Both the position numbers and the translations under genes were made by a program. A model generated the notes under the pieces. It did no database searches. It was not told the DNA's origin and saw only the letters and a program-made list of their open reading frames with translations. A DNA stretch of 61,213 nucleotides from Dimargaris cristalligena (lineage: Eukaryota). Of this stretch, positions 24,558 through 40,823 are shown piece by piece (position 1 is the first letter of the stretch; each line of letters begins with the position of its first letter). The DNA lies in the NCBI GenBank assembly GCA_003614675.1, contig ML002241.1, positions 1 to 61,213 on the forward strand. Reading direction: 5' to 3'.

Positions 24558-24875
24558 ATGGTTAAGCTCGCCCAACTGTTGCTCTCCGTCGTTCTAATCG
24601 GCACCGTTCTTGTTGAGGCTTTGCCCCATCCACAACCCGGTGGCAAGTTGTATAAAGCACAGGTTGGCGTTCATTTCGCCAGAGCGATTATAAAACACAA
24701 CAGCAAAAGACTTGCAAACGGTGTAGCAGACAAAACCGTTAAAGCCGCGAGCACTGTAGCAAAAGTGGCTAGTAGTGCCAAGGACAGTTCAAAGGCCACG
24801 GTGAAAAGTACCGCAACCGCAGTAAAAAATCTCCTTAGTAAAACACCCAGTAGGGTACCTGCGTCCGCCAAATAG
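24558..24875 (+). CDS. Small secreted Lys-rich cationic protein, 105 aa
   Basis: Good start context (gcaccATGG), signal peptide MVKLAQLLLSVVLIGTVLVEA, TATAAATA near 24417, AATAAA near 25192. Confidence 0.78.
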   Translation: MVKLAQLLLSVVLIGTVLVEALPHPQPGGKLYKAQVGVHFARAIIKHNSKRLANGVADKTVKAASTVAKVASSAKDSSKATVKSTATAVKNLLSKTPSRVPASAK

Positions 24876-27249
24876 ACGGCAACAGGAGACTACCAGTTCC
24901 ATTGCATCTACCAATGCTGGAAGATCAATAGTATGTGTGTTTTATATATATATATATATAAATTGCTTATCCAATCCATATGATGAGCCCCCATTACTCT
25001 TGCAACATGGGCACCCGCATCTACCGCCCACATTTTCTGCTCGTTATATTTCCCACTAGTGTAGTGACCATCTCTTTAGCATGGTTTTGAATTAGGCCAT
25101 CCCGCATATCTATGCATCTTGGTTGATCTGTGATTCATCATTTAAGACGGCGGATTATTCGTAATCGACCTCACCATGCGTATGCTTCAGCAATAAAACA
25201 ATTTTTCAGTACTCTTAGATGTATACCCTCCTAACTACCATATTTTGGTATACAGTGTGACTATTTTTAAACCTGGTGGCATTTATTACCATGTTCCTAG
25301 GGGGTTTTTCCCGCGGTTGTCCATTTATATTTATTAGGAGATACCTGTCTCCCTCCCAAGGAGGTTTTTTAACATTTGTATATGGCTAATATTTGGTTTG
25401 TCCTAGGTGGTTTTGTGTATTGCCCATGGGCACTGACCATTCCCCTATACTTTTAGTCCAGAGTTAGTAGCCCCAATACATAGCACCGCCCTGAAGTAGG
25501 GTATGTGGAAATCACAATTCTGGGCACATTCTCCCAATATGCGAAAACCCATTATAGGCGGTGCTTAGAGCCTGTAAACCACCTACGTGCGAGCTTCCTC
25601 TTTGATTGATAACATGCCCTTGAATAAGTCACACTTGGTGAATGGGCAATTACGGTAAGCCTTACCTCAAGGCAATGTAGTAAGTGAATTGTGGCGAAAA
25701 TGACATTTTTCCCCACCAGTATATGGGTTTTTCTAACGACCAGCTTGGTGATTATGGTCGAATAGGGACGCCTAAGCCATAAAAATCCACTCCATATCGA
25801 ACTAGTCAATTACACATTTCACTAAAAATGATTTTCTCTGTCCCACTGTTGAGCGATACCTATGCCAAAACGTCAAGGATATTAAAGTGTTAAAGCGCTG
25901 TAACTGTAATTGGCCCTACTTGTACTTACGATATTGCGTGTTCGTTTTAGTATGTTGAGCAAAGTCAGATACCTCTTAAGCCCAACTGCTTTCCAAAACA
26001 CTTACGTTATACTATACTTCATCAGTTATGATAAACTGAATTGATTATTGACATCCAGGGGTGAATGCATCTATTATATATGTAGTAGTATAATATTGTT
26101 TAATAGCAATTTTAACGGCTCAGGACAAGACTCAATTAGGTCTAAATGACGGCGTGGGGAATTTTCACGAAATAAAGAGTTGCCCCACCTAGCGTAGACG
26201 CGTTTCGGTATGAATGAATCTATATTTAATGGGCCGTAAAGGGTATACATGGGCAACTCTCTATTGACGAGGCCTATTGGCGTAGGAACGTATGTCCATT
26301 TCGGCATAGCCTTGGTTATTCCATTCATTGTATTACCACTACTCGAGTTTGGAGTATAAACACCCTAGGAGGCGGGGGGTCGGTAAGTAGCTAGGCCCTT
26401 GAAGAGGCAGTCTAACGTCCTGGCGAATCCTCCAGCTGCCGCTGGAAATGAAATTGACCAAGGGGCGAGAGTAGGTAGGCAAGGAATTGGATGGCTGGCG
26501 GCCCCTTTCCCCTTTTGGCCCTTTGTATAGTCATAACTACTGCTTGGCTGCGGTAGGTGGTAGGTCATTGAGTGGCAGCGTTGTACTTTAGTTACAGCGT
26601 TGGCTCAATGACATCTGTACCTTACGAATGAAAATCCTTTAAAATGGATCGCAGAGTTACCCTTGTATCCCCTCGGGTTCACCCGTGTTCACTGTTTGAC
26701 ATATTAATATATATTGCAACCTTGGGCTTCGCTCGAGAGAACCCGTGGTTGTACCAGTATCTACGTATCTCTTATGCCAATGGCCCCGATCTTCACAGTA
26801 CGGCTGTACTCGCTACATTGGGCATCCGGATTACCAATTATATAAATGCGGCTCCAAACGGGGGAGTTCCGACGAGGCCTCAAAATGAGAAAAATACCCT
26901 ATTTGATACGACCAATATGACTGGTTAAAAATAAGTATGCCGCCCCTTTGCCCATATACGTGGCATTAATACACTTATACGGTTGTATTGAATTTCGTCC
27001 ATGGCCATTGTTGGGGTGTCAACGTACGGGTCGGGCTAACTCTGAGGACTTTATATAAAAGGCATTCGAGCTGCTGCCATCTGTTGAAGGGGTATAGCTT
27101 AATTTACTCCTTCTCTCTCCCCCCCACCACTCACACCCACCTTTCATTTGGCTATTGCGCTTTGTACGTTGTCTCCAAACAAGTATCGTTCTATCCCCTC
27201 GACTTTATACATCCCTCTCCCCTGCACCGATCGATTTCATTTCTTCAAC

Positions 27250-27555
27250 ATGCATGCCTATAGCCTCGGTCTCCTCGCTCTCGCGGCCTCATTAATGGCC
27301 ATCTCGGCCTCACCACTACCCTCGGAATCCGGCAGCCACGGCATTTCCGCTGCCAATGCTGGCCATTTATCCACAAATGCAATCGAAGATTTCTTGGCTC
27401 ACATTGCCTCCAAAATTGAAACTCTGGAAGACAAAAAAGAGACGGCCCTCCTGGAAGCCACTCCCCCTATGATGGATGAGGAAATCCATGACTTTTACGA
27501 CGAACAAATCAACCATCTCAAAAATTTGTACCAAGCCTGGTCTGATCGCAGTTGA
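27250..27555 (+). CDS. Small secreted acidic helical protein, 101 aa
   Basis: ATG at 27250; signal peptide MHAYSLGLLALAASLMAISA|SPLP; TATATAAAA near 27052; AATAAA near 27664. Confidence 0.75.
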   Translation: MHAYSLGLLALAASLMAISASPLPSESGSHGISAANAGHLSTNAIEDFLAHIASKIETLEDKKETALLEATPPMMDEEIHDFYDEQINHLKNLYQAWSDRS

Positions 27556-30150
27556 AGTTGCAATATTATGGAACTGTTAACTAGGGCTATGTTGGTACTG
27601 CGCTTATTAGCCCCTTTCTTCTATCTATAGTGTTGGTTAATCGATCTACGTTCATTTAGACTAAATAAAGAGATCCCCCTACTCCCTTTACAACTTCTTT
27701 AACCTACCATTCATTTGACAATTCATCCAACTTGTGGATTCTATTTCGAATACTGCTTCAGTTAGCCGTTCCCATCTTGCCAAAAAATGGAGGAAGTGTG
27801 GCTCCTAACATATCAATTAGATGGCTTGCTGCCACACTTAGTCTATCAAACATTCGAGTAATACATTCTAGGGTGTCATACTAGCAATAAATAAATATAT
27901 ATCTTTGAAATACGGGAGGATACGCCCACAATATAGCAATCTTAGATTTTAATTAAATTTCTTACAGCCATACCACTAGTTAGTATAGAAGAAACAGCTT
28001 AATGAATTGGTGACTGCCTTTTGTAGAGAATGCCAGGGGCTATATATCAGCTGGAGATAGTGGTCACCTAATTCTAAAAGAAATAATGGTGGTGAGCACA
28101 CTAAAACGAAAATAAATAAATAGACCAGCAGTTTCGGGATAGTTCCTTTGCTCACGGTGGCCGCATCAATCTTATTTACGCTACTATACAAACGGATGCG
28201 ATAATCCTACGGTAGCTTAAGCAACCCCAATCCCTCCCTAATACCGGATAAATTCTTTTTGGGCTCTAGAGCGGACCAGCCTTTTGTTTGCAAGTGTCAC
28301 TTTTGCCAGGGTTATGCCCAACTCCACCACACATGTCCTACTCTGCTTTTTTTTCACTTTTCCCAGCCCAGGGATTATCTAGGGAAAGAACGCAGTGGGG
28401 CGAAATACCCCTGGTGATTCTCCATGGATAGTCTAAAATCGCTTATGCGGGTGTCCAAAGAGGTGTAGGATAGGTGAGGCAATATGTGCAATTGTCGTGT
28501 GGCGCGGAAACCTCGACAAGGGGCGGGGACTGGGTTCAGGACAGGGTAGGAGGCGGACAATAGATAGAATGTATGAATAGTACAGATCTGTCCCTACTCA
28601 TCCCCATTTAACCACGCTCCATAGATAACGCTCTGTATTTGAAATCAGAGGCATTGCGTAAAACGACCACTTGGATTCGGATCTGAGGTACGTCTAGTGG
28701 GGATCTTTATTTTAGTTAAATACCATTCTACTGGATTTTTTGATATGTTTAGTATGGAGGATTGTCAACCCTCATCTGGAATTAAGATACCTTGGTTTGT
28801 CCTAATATTTCCCCAAAAATCGCTTCCTTTTAATGAAATCGCCTAGGCATATCACCTCGCAACCGGTAACATTGCCTAACCCTATATCCAAACAAATACC
28901 ACAAGCTATGCTTTAAATAAATACTGGCTGATTCGTTGGACAAGCAGGGTCAGTATGGGGTAAAATAGGCGAGTAGCGAGGGCATACAAGCCATAGAACG
29001 CCGGGTACGGGAAGTAATGGCCATCATCGAAGCAATGTTGGCACAGGAATATAAATAGCCTACCAAGCTACCGGAATCTGCCTTGGAAGACCTGGTTGAA
29101 AAGGAGGCAGGATGGCATCGAAGGCTATTGGGGTAGTCTCCCTACACCATGTAATAATATAGTAAACCTCAATATACATTTATAAGTCTCTAATCCAAGT
29201 CGGTATCTGACTGCGTCAGATTAACAATCATGAAAATATAGACGTGAGATTGACATGGGAAGTGGAAACACGGCAGGGGCTATGGATAACGGGTCTACCA
29301 AAATGGATGCAGGCGGGTATGTAACATTCTGGATAATATCAATACTATTCCATAGACTACCCAAATGTCAAATGACAGGGTCCAGGATTCGGATAGATCA
29401 CTGCGTGTGACACCGCCACTTGGCGGGAATGAGAAGGACAAGCATTTGCATCAGGATTCCAATGGATAAGCATAGTCCACAAAGATTCTTGGCCATTTTT
29501 GAGTCGACTAACTGTTATAAACCCCCCTACTGTATATACGGACTGGTCTTTGAAGTCGATCTTTTTAAAAAGCAGCTGGAATAACCCCACCCCCTGTTCT
29601 TTTGGCCTCTGACCAAATGTACCAACATCAGTCATTAAATTGGGGGGGGGGGGTTCACATTGGGTATAAGTATATTTGCAGCAACATACATGTAATCAGT
29701 CGAAATTCCTGAACTGCAGCCCAATATTGAAATAGCCGTGGCAGCCCATCAAGTGAAATTTCAATGAATAAAATGGCGTGAGAGGCTGGTCTAGTCGCCA
29801 TTGGGGATAACGTAAGCCAAATCTCTCGATTTTCAGGAGCTATTCCAACTACAAAAAGCGGAAATTACACCCCCTTATTTGTCCAAAAGAGGCGCGAATA
29901 TTAAATAGCTCAACCTTCCCTAATCAGAACGATTAACGTTTAAGGACATAAACAAACTCACGCATTTAATTGACACGAATAAGGAGTGCTTCTTTCACTC
30001 ACCACCCCTTTGGGCTCTCCACCACACTTGCCCGTACTTTTCCACTAACTAGCCGTGCTAGCACCTTCCTCCACTTACTTACTGCTCTTTACTCATCCGC
30101 ATTACCCCCTCTTCTACCTCGTTCATCACCACCCACTTCACTCGGCCACC

Positions 30151-31347
30151 ATGAGCAAATCCACTTCAGCGACTCCCGCTGTTCAAACTAGACTATTTGA
30201 GCAGGCCCAACTCTACATGAGTCGCCAGGCCTACCTCCCGGACCTTATCCGCTTCAACCTAACCGGGGGCCTAGAACTCCTGGGTAATCTCGGGGAGGCC
30301 CTCCACGAAGGTCGCATTTCGACCCAGAGCCGCATCACGCGGCTGGTGCGTCTGAAGTTGGAGGGGGATCGGGCCGCTGACCCCTCCGCTTCCTCCTCCC
30401 CCCCACTCTGTCGCCCGGTGGCGATCGTGACGGGTGCCAATTCCGGCTGTGGTTTCGAACTCACCAAAGCCCTGCTCCAGGCGGGCTACCATGTGGTCTT
30501 GGCCTGTCGGTCCGCCACCGCTGCTGAGGCTGCCCTAGACCGGCTGCGGCAACAAACCGATTTAGACGACCAGATGGAATTCATGGAACTCGATTTAGCG
30601 TCGCTGGCTTCGGTTCAGAACTTCTGTACCGAAATCCGGCGGCGGTTCCCGGCCCCGGTAAGCTCGACCGCCTCGGGTCCGGGTCAAGGTCAGGGTGGGG
30701 CCCTGCAGCTGCTGGTGAATAACGCCGGCATTATGAATACCCCTTATGCGCGCACGGAAGACGGGTTCGAAAGCCAGTTCGGGGTTAACCACGTGGGCCA
30801 TTTCGTACTGACCATGAATCTGCTGGACCTGCTGGAGGAGAGTAGTCCCAACGGCCGGATCATCAATATCTCGTCCAACGCCCACATGGGTGTTAGTCGG
30901 TTGAACCTCACAGCCTGGGAAGACCCCCAGCAGTACAACTCCATGCTGAATTACGGCCTGTCGAAACTGGCTAATCTGCTCTTTACGCGGTCCCTCCATG
31001 AACGGCTGGTGGCACGGCGGGCGGCTTCTCCCCGGCGGGGACACGTCACCGTCAACGCCGTCCATCCCGGACCCATCGCGACCGACCTGTACCGTTACAC
31101 GCCCCTGCTGAACAAACTTGCGCCGCTGCTCCGGGCGGTTATGCTCACCCCCGCTCAAGGGGCCCTCACCATGGTCTACATGGCCCTGTCCTCCGACGTT
31201 AAGGATGTATCCGGGCAGTACTATGCGGCCTTGCACCCCCGTTTTTCCTCGGATCTGGGCGCCGATATGCAGGCGGCTCAGCAACTGTGGGACTACACCG
31301 TGAAGAAATTAAAGAGCACGAATATCCCCGTTCGTAATTTGGATTAA
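30151..31347 (+). CDS. Short-chain dehydrogenase/reductase, retinol dehydrogenase/WWOX-like subfamily
   Basis: TGANSGCG, LACRS, LDLASLASV, NNAGIM, FGVNHVGHF, YGLSKLAN (YxxxK), VHPG; intronless. Confidence 0.92.
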   Translation: MSKSTSATPAVQTRLFEQAQLYMSRQAYLPDLIRFNLTGGLELLGNLGEALHEGRISTQSRITRLVRLKLEGDRAADPSASSSPPLCRPVAIVTGANSGCGFELTKALLQAGYHVVLACRSATAAEAALDRLRQQTDLDDQMEFMELDLASLASVQNFCTEIRRRFPAPVSSTASGPGQGQGGALQLLVNNAGIMNTPYARTEDGFESQFGVNHVGHFVLTMNLLDLLEESSPNGRIINISSNAHMGVSRLNLTAWEDPQQYNSMLNYGLSKLANLLFTRSLHERLVARRAASPRRGHVTVNAVHPGPIATDLYRYTPLLNKLAPLLRAVMLTPAQGALTMVYMALSSDVKDVSGQYYAALHPRFSSDLGADMQAAQQLWDYTVKKLKSTNIPVRNLD

Positions 31348-31997
31348 ACCCAATGCCATACTACTTTTAGTCCAATTACTACGCATTACCTTTTTTTTCA
31401 TACACGCCTATGTGCCCTCTTCCGCTTTACGTCCACTGGTACTGCGCTCAATATTGAGCGCCTTAGATTAAGAAGGACCGGCTTCCCCCCCGTATAGATT
31501 GCAACATCCAAGCGTCACTTCGCTTCCGTGTTAACCTGACTATGTACACTTCGGATTGTATGTGATTTAGTATATTATCTATCCCTATTTTCTTATATTT
31601 ATCCAAACTGCTATATAAATAACTACTACCCCCCCCTCCTTATTACTCTCAGTAGGCATTTTGCAAATATGCATGTTGGTATTAGTCCTGAGAATATCTC
31701 TCTATTCGAAAATATGGCAATTTGGGTGGGAAAATAGGCACATGTTAGGTACCACAAAAACATGCCAAGCACCAAATTTATTCCTGCAAACGTTTGAAAC
31801 CTATACAACCAGCAGCCAAAGCACATACGCTACCACCACATGCCAACCAGTTCAACCCCGGTCTAGTCGTTCATCCCATCCCAATCCCTTTACATTCCCA
31901 TTTGAACCCCTCTCCATTGTATTGTCGAATTGGAGCTTCCTTCGCAGAACCTCACTTGGCCCATCCCTTCTCAACCCACATATAACACGCCTCAACC

Positions 31998-33388
31998 ATG
32001 AGCTCCGACGAAGCGTCAATTCCCGAACAAGTCTTTGCCGACCTCGACTCGGACGATGACCCCGATTCCATTACCCGAGGACCGCCACCCACCAAGGTAT
32101 ATTTCACCGAAATGGTCCTTGACTTGAGCCTTTAATATACTCCTTTCCCCTCTCGTTAGTTATTCCGGAGGGTCGGGGCTTGGGCCGTCTAGCTATGTAC
32201 CTATCTCGTTAACGGGAGACTGATTTATTTTAGCTATACCCAATTCTCCAACCATCTGCCTCCCCACTCTCTACCTTTATTCCACTGCAGTCCCTCGATG
32301 AAGCACTAGAAATCAAAACCCTTGGAAATAACCTGTTCAAAGAAGGTAACTACGCAGGGGCTTTAAACGAATACGAAGAGGCCCTTCGACACTGTCCATC
32401 CACCGAGGACCTTAATATGTCCCATCTGTATAACAATATGGCCGCTTGTCATTTGAAGTTGGTAAGTAATTTACTTAATACCCTCCAGCATCTTAGCGGC
32501 CCCGCGTCGACCAGCTTAGAATACCCCCAAGGCCGTGCATGGCATTCTCCCTATAAGCCGCCAAGAGACTAACCATGCACTAAAATCTACTTCTGCTGCC
32601 ACTTCCCTATTGATTACTAAACTGACATGATTATTAACTGGACCAGGATGAGTATGAACACGCCGTTGAGGCTTGTACCGACTCCCTTCGCCACCAGCCC
32701 CGTTCCGAAAAGGCCCTTTATCGTCGAGCCAAAGCCAATGAGGCCCTTGCAACCTCGAGTTCCTTAGCCGCCGCGCTCAAAGGTATAATTCTATGAATAG
32801 CTACATCAATACAATGTAATTATACTATACACCTGTTACATATTGTTTATAGACTTTGGTGTGATAATACGCTGACAATTAAGAAGTATGTATTTCTACT
32901 TTGCCGCTACCTTGAACCATACACTTTACGCATGGCTTAGATTACCGGGTAATTGCGGACCAGCCCGACGTATCATCCGATACCCACTCCTTCTGCACCA
33001 GACAGGTCACCACACTCCCGGCACGGATTAGTCGAACTCAAGAGGAAGAAAAGGACAAGCTACTGGGTAGGTTAAAGAGTAATCATGGTCTAGATCCTTG
33101 AACCGGGGAACATATTACCATACCGCAATGGTCAGATGAGTATTCATTAACCCCGACTATTTACCAAAGAACCCCAGGCTTGATTGTATTAACCCCCTTA
33201 TAATTTATTCATTTGACGGCCCTCCCCGCTGACCAACGCTTTACATCTAATCCCAAGGCCAATTAAAAAATCTGGGCAATTCCCTTTTGGGGAAATTCGG
33301 CATGTCATTAGATGATTTCCAGACCCAGCAAGATCCGACAACGGGAGCCACCTCCGTCAACCTACGGTCAAAACCAGGCTCCAAATAG
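31998..33388 (+). CDS. TPR protein, TTC1-like, 5 exons
   Basis: Exons ~31998-32096, 32291-32461, 32647-32782, 32941-33066, 33259-33388. Motifs KTLGNNLFKEGNYAGALNEY, LYNNMAACHLKL, KALYRRAKANE and the TTC1-type tail EEEKDKLLGQLKNLGNSLLGKFGMSLDDFQTQQDPTTG. Confidence 0.85.
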
Positions 33389-34066
33389 CCTGTATCCCCC
33401 CTAGACTCTTGTATATGTGGTGTGTCATTTCCTCACACAGTGCAATCCCCAACGCATCCGGGGAACATCAGTAGTTTATAACAAATAATAAGTTTATATC
33501 AGATGAGAGGGTAAAAAAGAAGGAAAGGGGAAATGATCAAGGCGGGGGAAGGGGCGTAAATTAAACCGGGATTAGGGTCTGTACATAGGCGTTTCCAAAT
33601 TATATGTGTCAGTGCAAAATGGCAAAAGGGATAAGAATAAGTGACAACCGATGCACTCAGATAGAAACTCGGAAGGCCGGGATCGAGAAGGAAGAAAATG
33701 GGAGAAGGAGGGGTAATAAAGGTAGGGCAAGGCAAGATAATGAAGGGGTGGATGCGCAAGAGGGGAGAAGGGTGGAGGGATCAACCAACCGTAAAAGCAT
33801 GGCCAAAATGTGAAAAAATAAAATAATACCAATATAAGCGCCTGATGCTCGAGGAAGAGAAATGTGGGGGAATGAGAAGAAATGGAGGCACAGTGGGAAT
33901 TTAAACTAAAGGAAGGGAGAGGGGAAGGTGTGTGATATGATATGGGCATTAGAGGTGGAAAGAGGAATATTACGCAACGGAATGCGGATGGAAGAAGCAG
34001 GGGATGCTGGAATTAAAGGCCATGGGTTTATGTGAATAATGAATGGGTGAGAGAACGGGGGGGGAG

Positions 34067-35900
<1,834 letters not shown>

Positions 35901-36766
35901 GGCGTTGAGAAGATAGCTTTATCAGTGCTGGGCAGAGTAGAAGTGAATCGCGGAAGCCTACAGGTTGATAAATTGGCCACAGTACCAGGTACAGGGACTG
36001 ATAAAATAAAATAAAATATGTTTTTTAAAATCACCAAAGGAAAGCGCGCGTATGGATAAAGTTTGTCTTTGCTTGACTGAGTGGATCAGGGACGTAGTAG
36101 TAGCCAACAACGGGTGGCTGTGAATGACGTTCTACTAGGCTACAGTGCGAACTGGATGGAGTGGCTTCGGGTTAGGCAAGCTAGGGAGAAGTTAAAGGAT
36201 GTGTTTTCTATATATGAATATATAAAAGGAGGGCGTATGTAAAAATATATATATAAAGAGAGTGGATCCGCTAACCAACAGTGGCAAAAGAGCGAGTGGG
36301 AAGGTCGCTAAAGCAAGCACGAAGGATAGGGCTTCGTGTTTTCACTAGAACGAAAAAGGTCATCATGGGAACAACAAGGAGAAAAAGGGAAACTGGGCGG
36401 AGTCTCTTTTTCCCTTTTTTTGCGTGCTTAATTGTAGCATACAAAACACCTGAATGGTTTTATACCTACAAGAGAGTGAATGCGTGAGAGCATATACAGG
36501 TACCGCACAAACTATATGCGTAAATCACCGCTGCATATAGTAGGCCTGTGGCCCATTGGCGGGGATAATATATTACTATGGAAAAAAGGGCTATGGCTGA
36601 TGCATATAGGGAGAGAGCGAGCCACTCCTCCACACCCTAGGGCAAAATCTATATCACACGAACGGGGGATGTTGAGGGTCATATGCCAACCACCACCCCT
36701 TTCCCTTTGTACACATATTGACACTTCCTCCTCCAAAGAGTTTCGCTAATTCTGGCCCTGGCTTGT

Positions 36767-38253
<1,487 letters not shown>

Positions 38254-38433
38254 ACCTGGTGTGTAAGGCGCGCACAACATTTAACACCTTGCCTGGATTT
38301 TCTGTCGGCATATTTAGGTTAGTTCCTAGATACATACCATCACTACCCCCATATTTGATATATCTGGCCACGAATACTGTGTATATAAAGATAAATATAC
38401 CCGAATGAGCATGTATGTGTTTTTCAATTTATC

Positions 38434-38578
38434 ATATGGGAGAGGCTCAATCGGGCTGTATAACGAAAAAATCCATTGGATGAGGAAAATACTACTGGCT
38501 GAAAATGAATCACCTACTCATTTTCTCGTGCGCTTATCATTTAAATCCCTATACAGCTGGGTCGAATATCACCCATAT
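38434..38578 (-). mobile_element. MITE copy, inverted orientation
   Basis: ATATGGGAGAGGCTCAATCGGGCTGTATA...AAATACTACTGGCTGAAAAT...TATACAGCTGGGTCGAATATCACCCATAT; reverse complement of the family consensus. Confidence 0.75.
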
Positions 38579-40823
38579 TGTACCCGGTATCCGACACTTT
38601 CGATAATGCGTCCATCTGCTCTGTTCGGCAAAGTATAGCCTCATCGGACATAAAGGTCCGATTTGGTGGGCGGCCGAATGGTGGTGGGTGATGGATTACG
38701 CCATTGCCCGGATACCATTGCATATAAAACGGGTTGAATTGGGGGGGGGGTGACATGGGTATAGTAAGCATAGGTCATTTTAAAAATGGCTAGATTGGAG
38801 AGTGATCGGCTGAATCACACACATTTTTCCTATTGGTGACGTTTCTTTGAGCCGGTTATTTCGGGAACACTATGCCAACATTGGCTTCAGAGTCGTATGA
38901 CCTATCTATGGGGAAGGGAATCATGCAGTGTGACCCATCATGCTGTTAACGTATTGGCAAATGTGACTGCGAAAAACGACCATCATCCGTTAAAGGGTAT
39001 ATGTCCACGAAACTCTGTTCAATAAAACCACTGGATAATAAACGAGACTGATGTAGACGGCCGCTTTCCTGTCACCTCTTTATAGTATCCCCCCTCCCCA
39101 CATACACACACTACCCAATAAATATCTACATCCGCCGTATTAAAAATCGGTTTAAGCAGTGACCGGGTTTTCAGGTTGAACCAGGGACCAAATGAGATTT
39201 ACGACTATGGTGCCTATTGAAGGAAGGAGTAGTCGATATCCATCAATTCCAACGAGCAAAGTTAACAGGTGATAATATATGGTGTATTCATCCGTAGCAC
39301 CGGTCCGATGATTGATTCGGAAACAGATGAAAACCGGCTATTCTTAGGGTCTGGGACTGCATTTCGCCTGAAATGGCTGAATGGGAACTCCCTTTTTTAT
39401 CCCTAATCATCCTACCATGATGGTGGCTCTATTGCTGCTTCACATATAGATAGGTAGATGGAGGGTCCCAATGGTATATTCCACATTAGGCAAGGGTCGG
39501 CACGTCACAGCAATTGTGATCTGGTCCGCACGGTGTGCCCACCCATCCGCTTTGGCTTAGAATGATGACATTCCGAAGCAGTACGGATGGGGCTGCAAGG
39601 GGGGGGCTGAAAGTGATTGAAACGAGCGAGTGGCATAGACTGGGGAGCTGGAGTTGGGGTCATGGTAGGGCGTGTAGAGCCCCAATGCAGGCGTGACTTG
39701 GAAACATTCTAATGCTCATGACGAATAATACTACACTAGTATAGACCAGGAGGGGGGGTGTACAGTGAACGGGGATGACCAAGTCCATCGCCACTGGGTC
39801 CCGTGTAGCGGATTACCCTGCAGAGTAGGAGGGAAACCCGCAGGTCCTTCGTATTTGGTGCATTCGTAGAGACATTGGGGGAAGGGGTTATGTCGGAGTA
39901 GAGCCGCGTCAGTTGGGGCCATATCGTTCTCTGTGCAAGCCCTGTTTTGGGCGTAACATCCACAGCCACTATAGCTATGCCCAGGCGTATAAATATCCAG
40001 CCCCAGCCGGCTTAGCTTCGTCTACTTTTACCTGTGTTACACCTGCCCCCTACTTTTAGTGACATCTTGAAAATCCCCTGACCCTTAATGTATTGCATTG
40101 CGGTGACTGTCCGCCACGTAAGCAGTACTCCCTCTTTCTCTCTATTACCGTAAGTCACCTGCACCATTATCAGATTTGCCTCTCGGATGACCACTCTGTG
40201 CCAATTCCCCACAATTCGCGTCTCTGAGATTCTCTGTATATCGCAGGGCGCCGACGATGATTATGTTCTATAACTAACTATCTGGCTTTATGTCGTATAT
40301 TACTTTACACCACTCTACTGGCTAATATGGATACCGTCATTTCAACCTAATCCGGGGGGTTCGTTCTCCGCTTCTTTCCGCCTGTGGCTCGATTGGCTAC
40401 TTCTCTGTGGCTGCCCCCCATTCCTTCGCCACTCTTGGTTGCCATGCTATACGCATACAGACACCCTTTCCCTCCTCCCCTGCCTCGCTTTGTATTATCG
40501 CCTCTATAAATACATCGCCTATCGCTGCCATCTGCGCATAGCAACTACTTTGATTATTTCTGGCCTATCCCACTCCCCCCCTCCTTGTTCTTATACCAAC
40601 TTGTCCCTTCGCCTGCATGTATTACTACAACTACTGCCCCTTGTCTTAACTAGCCCCCTCCCCTTTACCTTATTCTCGCCCTCTGTCTCTGTTTTCGCTG
40701 TATTTTGACTTCTTCATTTCCACCGCGACGCTACTTTTGTTCTCAGCCCCATTACCTTCTACCGCTTTTCCCCTCACATATACTTATCTTCTTCCCCCAC
40801 GTGGCCTATATATTGCGCACACC

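Noticed and set aside
30595..31284. Long antisense ORFs (also 49490-50128 and 51360-51914)
   Set aside because: Shadows of GC-rich codon usage in real genes on the opposite strand.
40445..40510. 21-codon uORF upstream of arginase, considered as an arginine-attenuator-like peptide
   Set aside because: It ends at the TATA box, so it is probably not transcribed, and it does not resemble the AAP.
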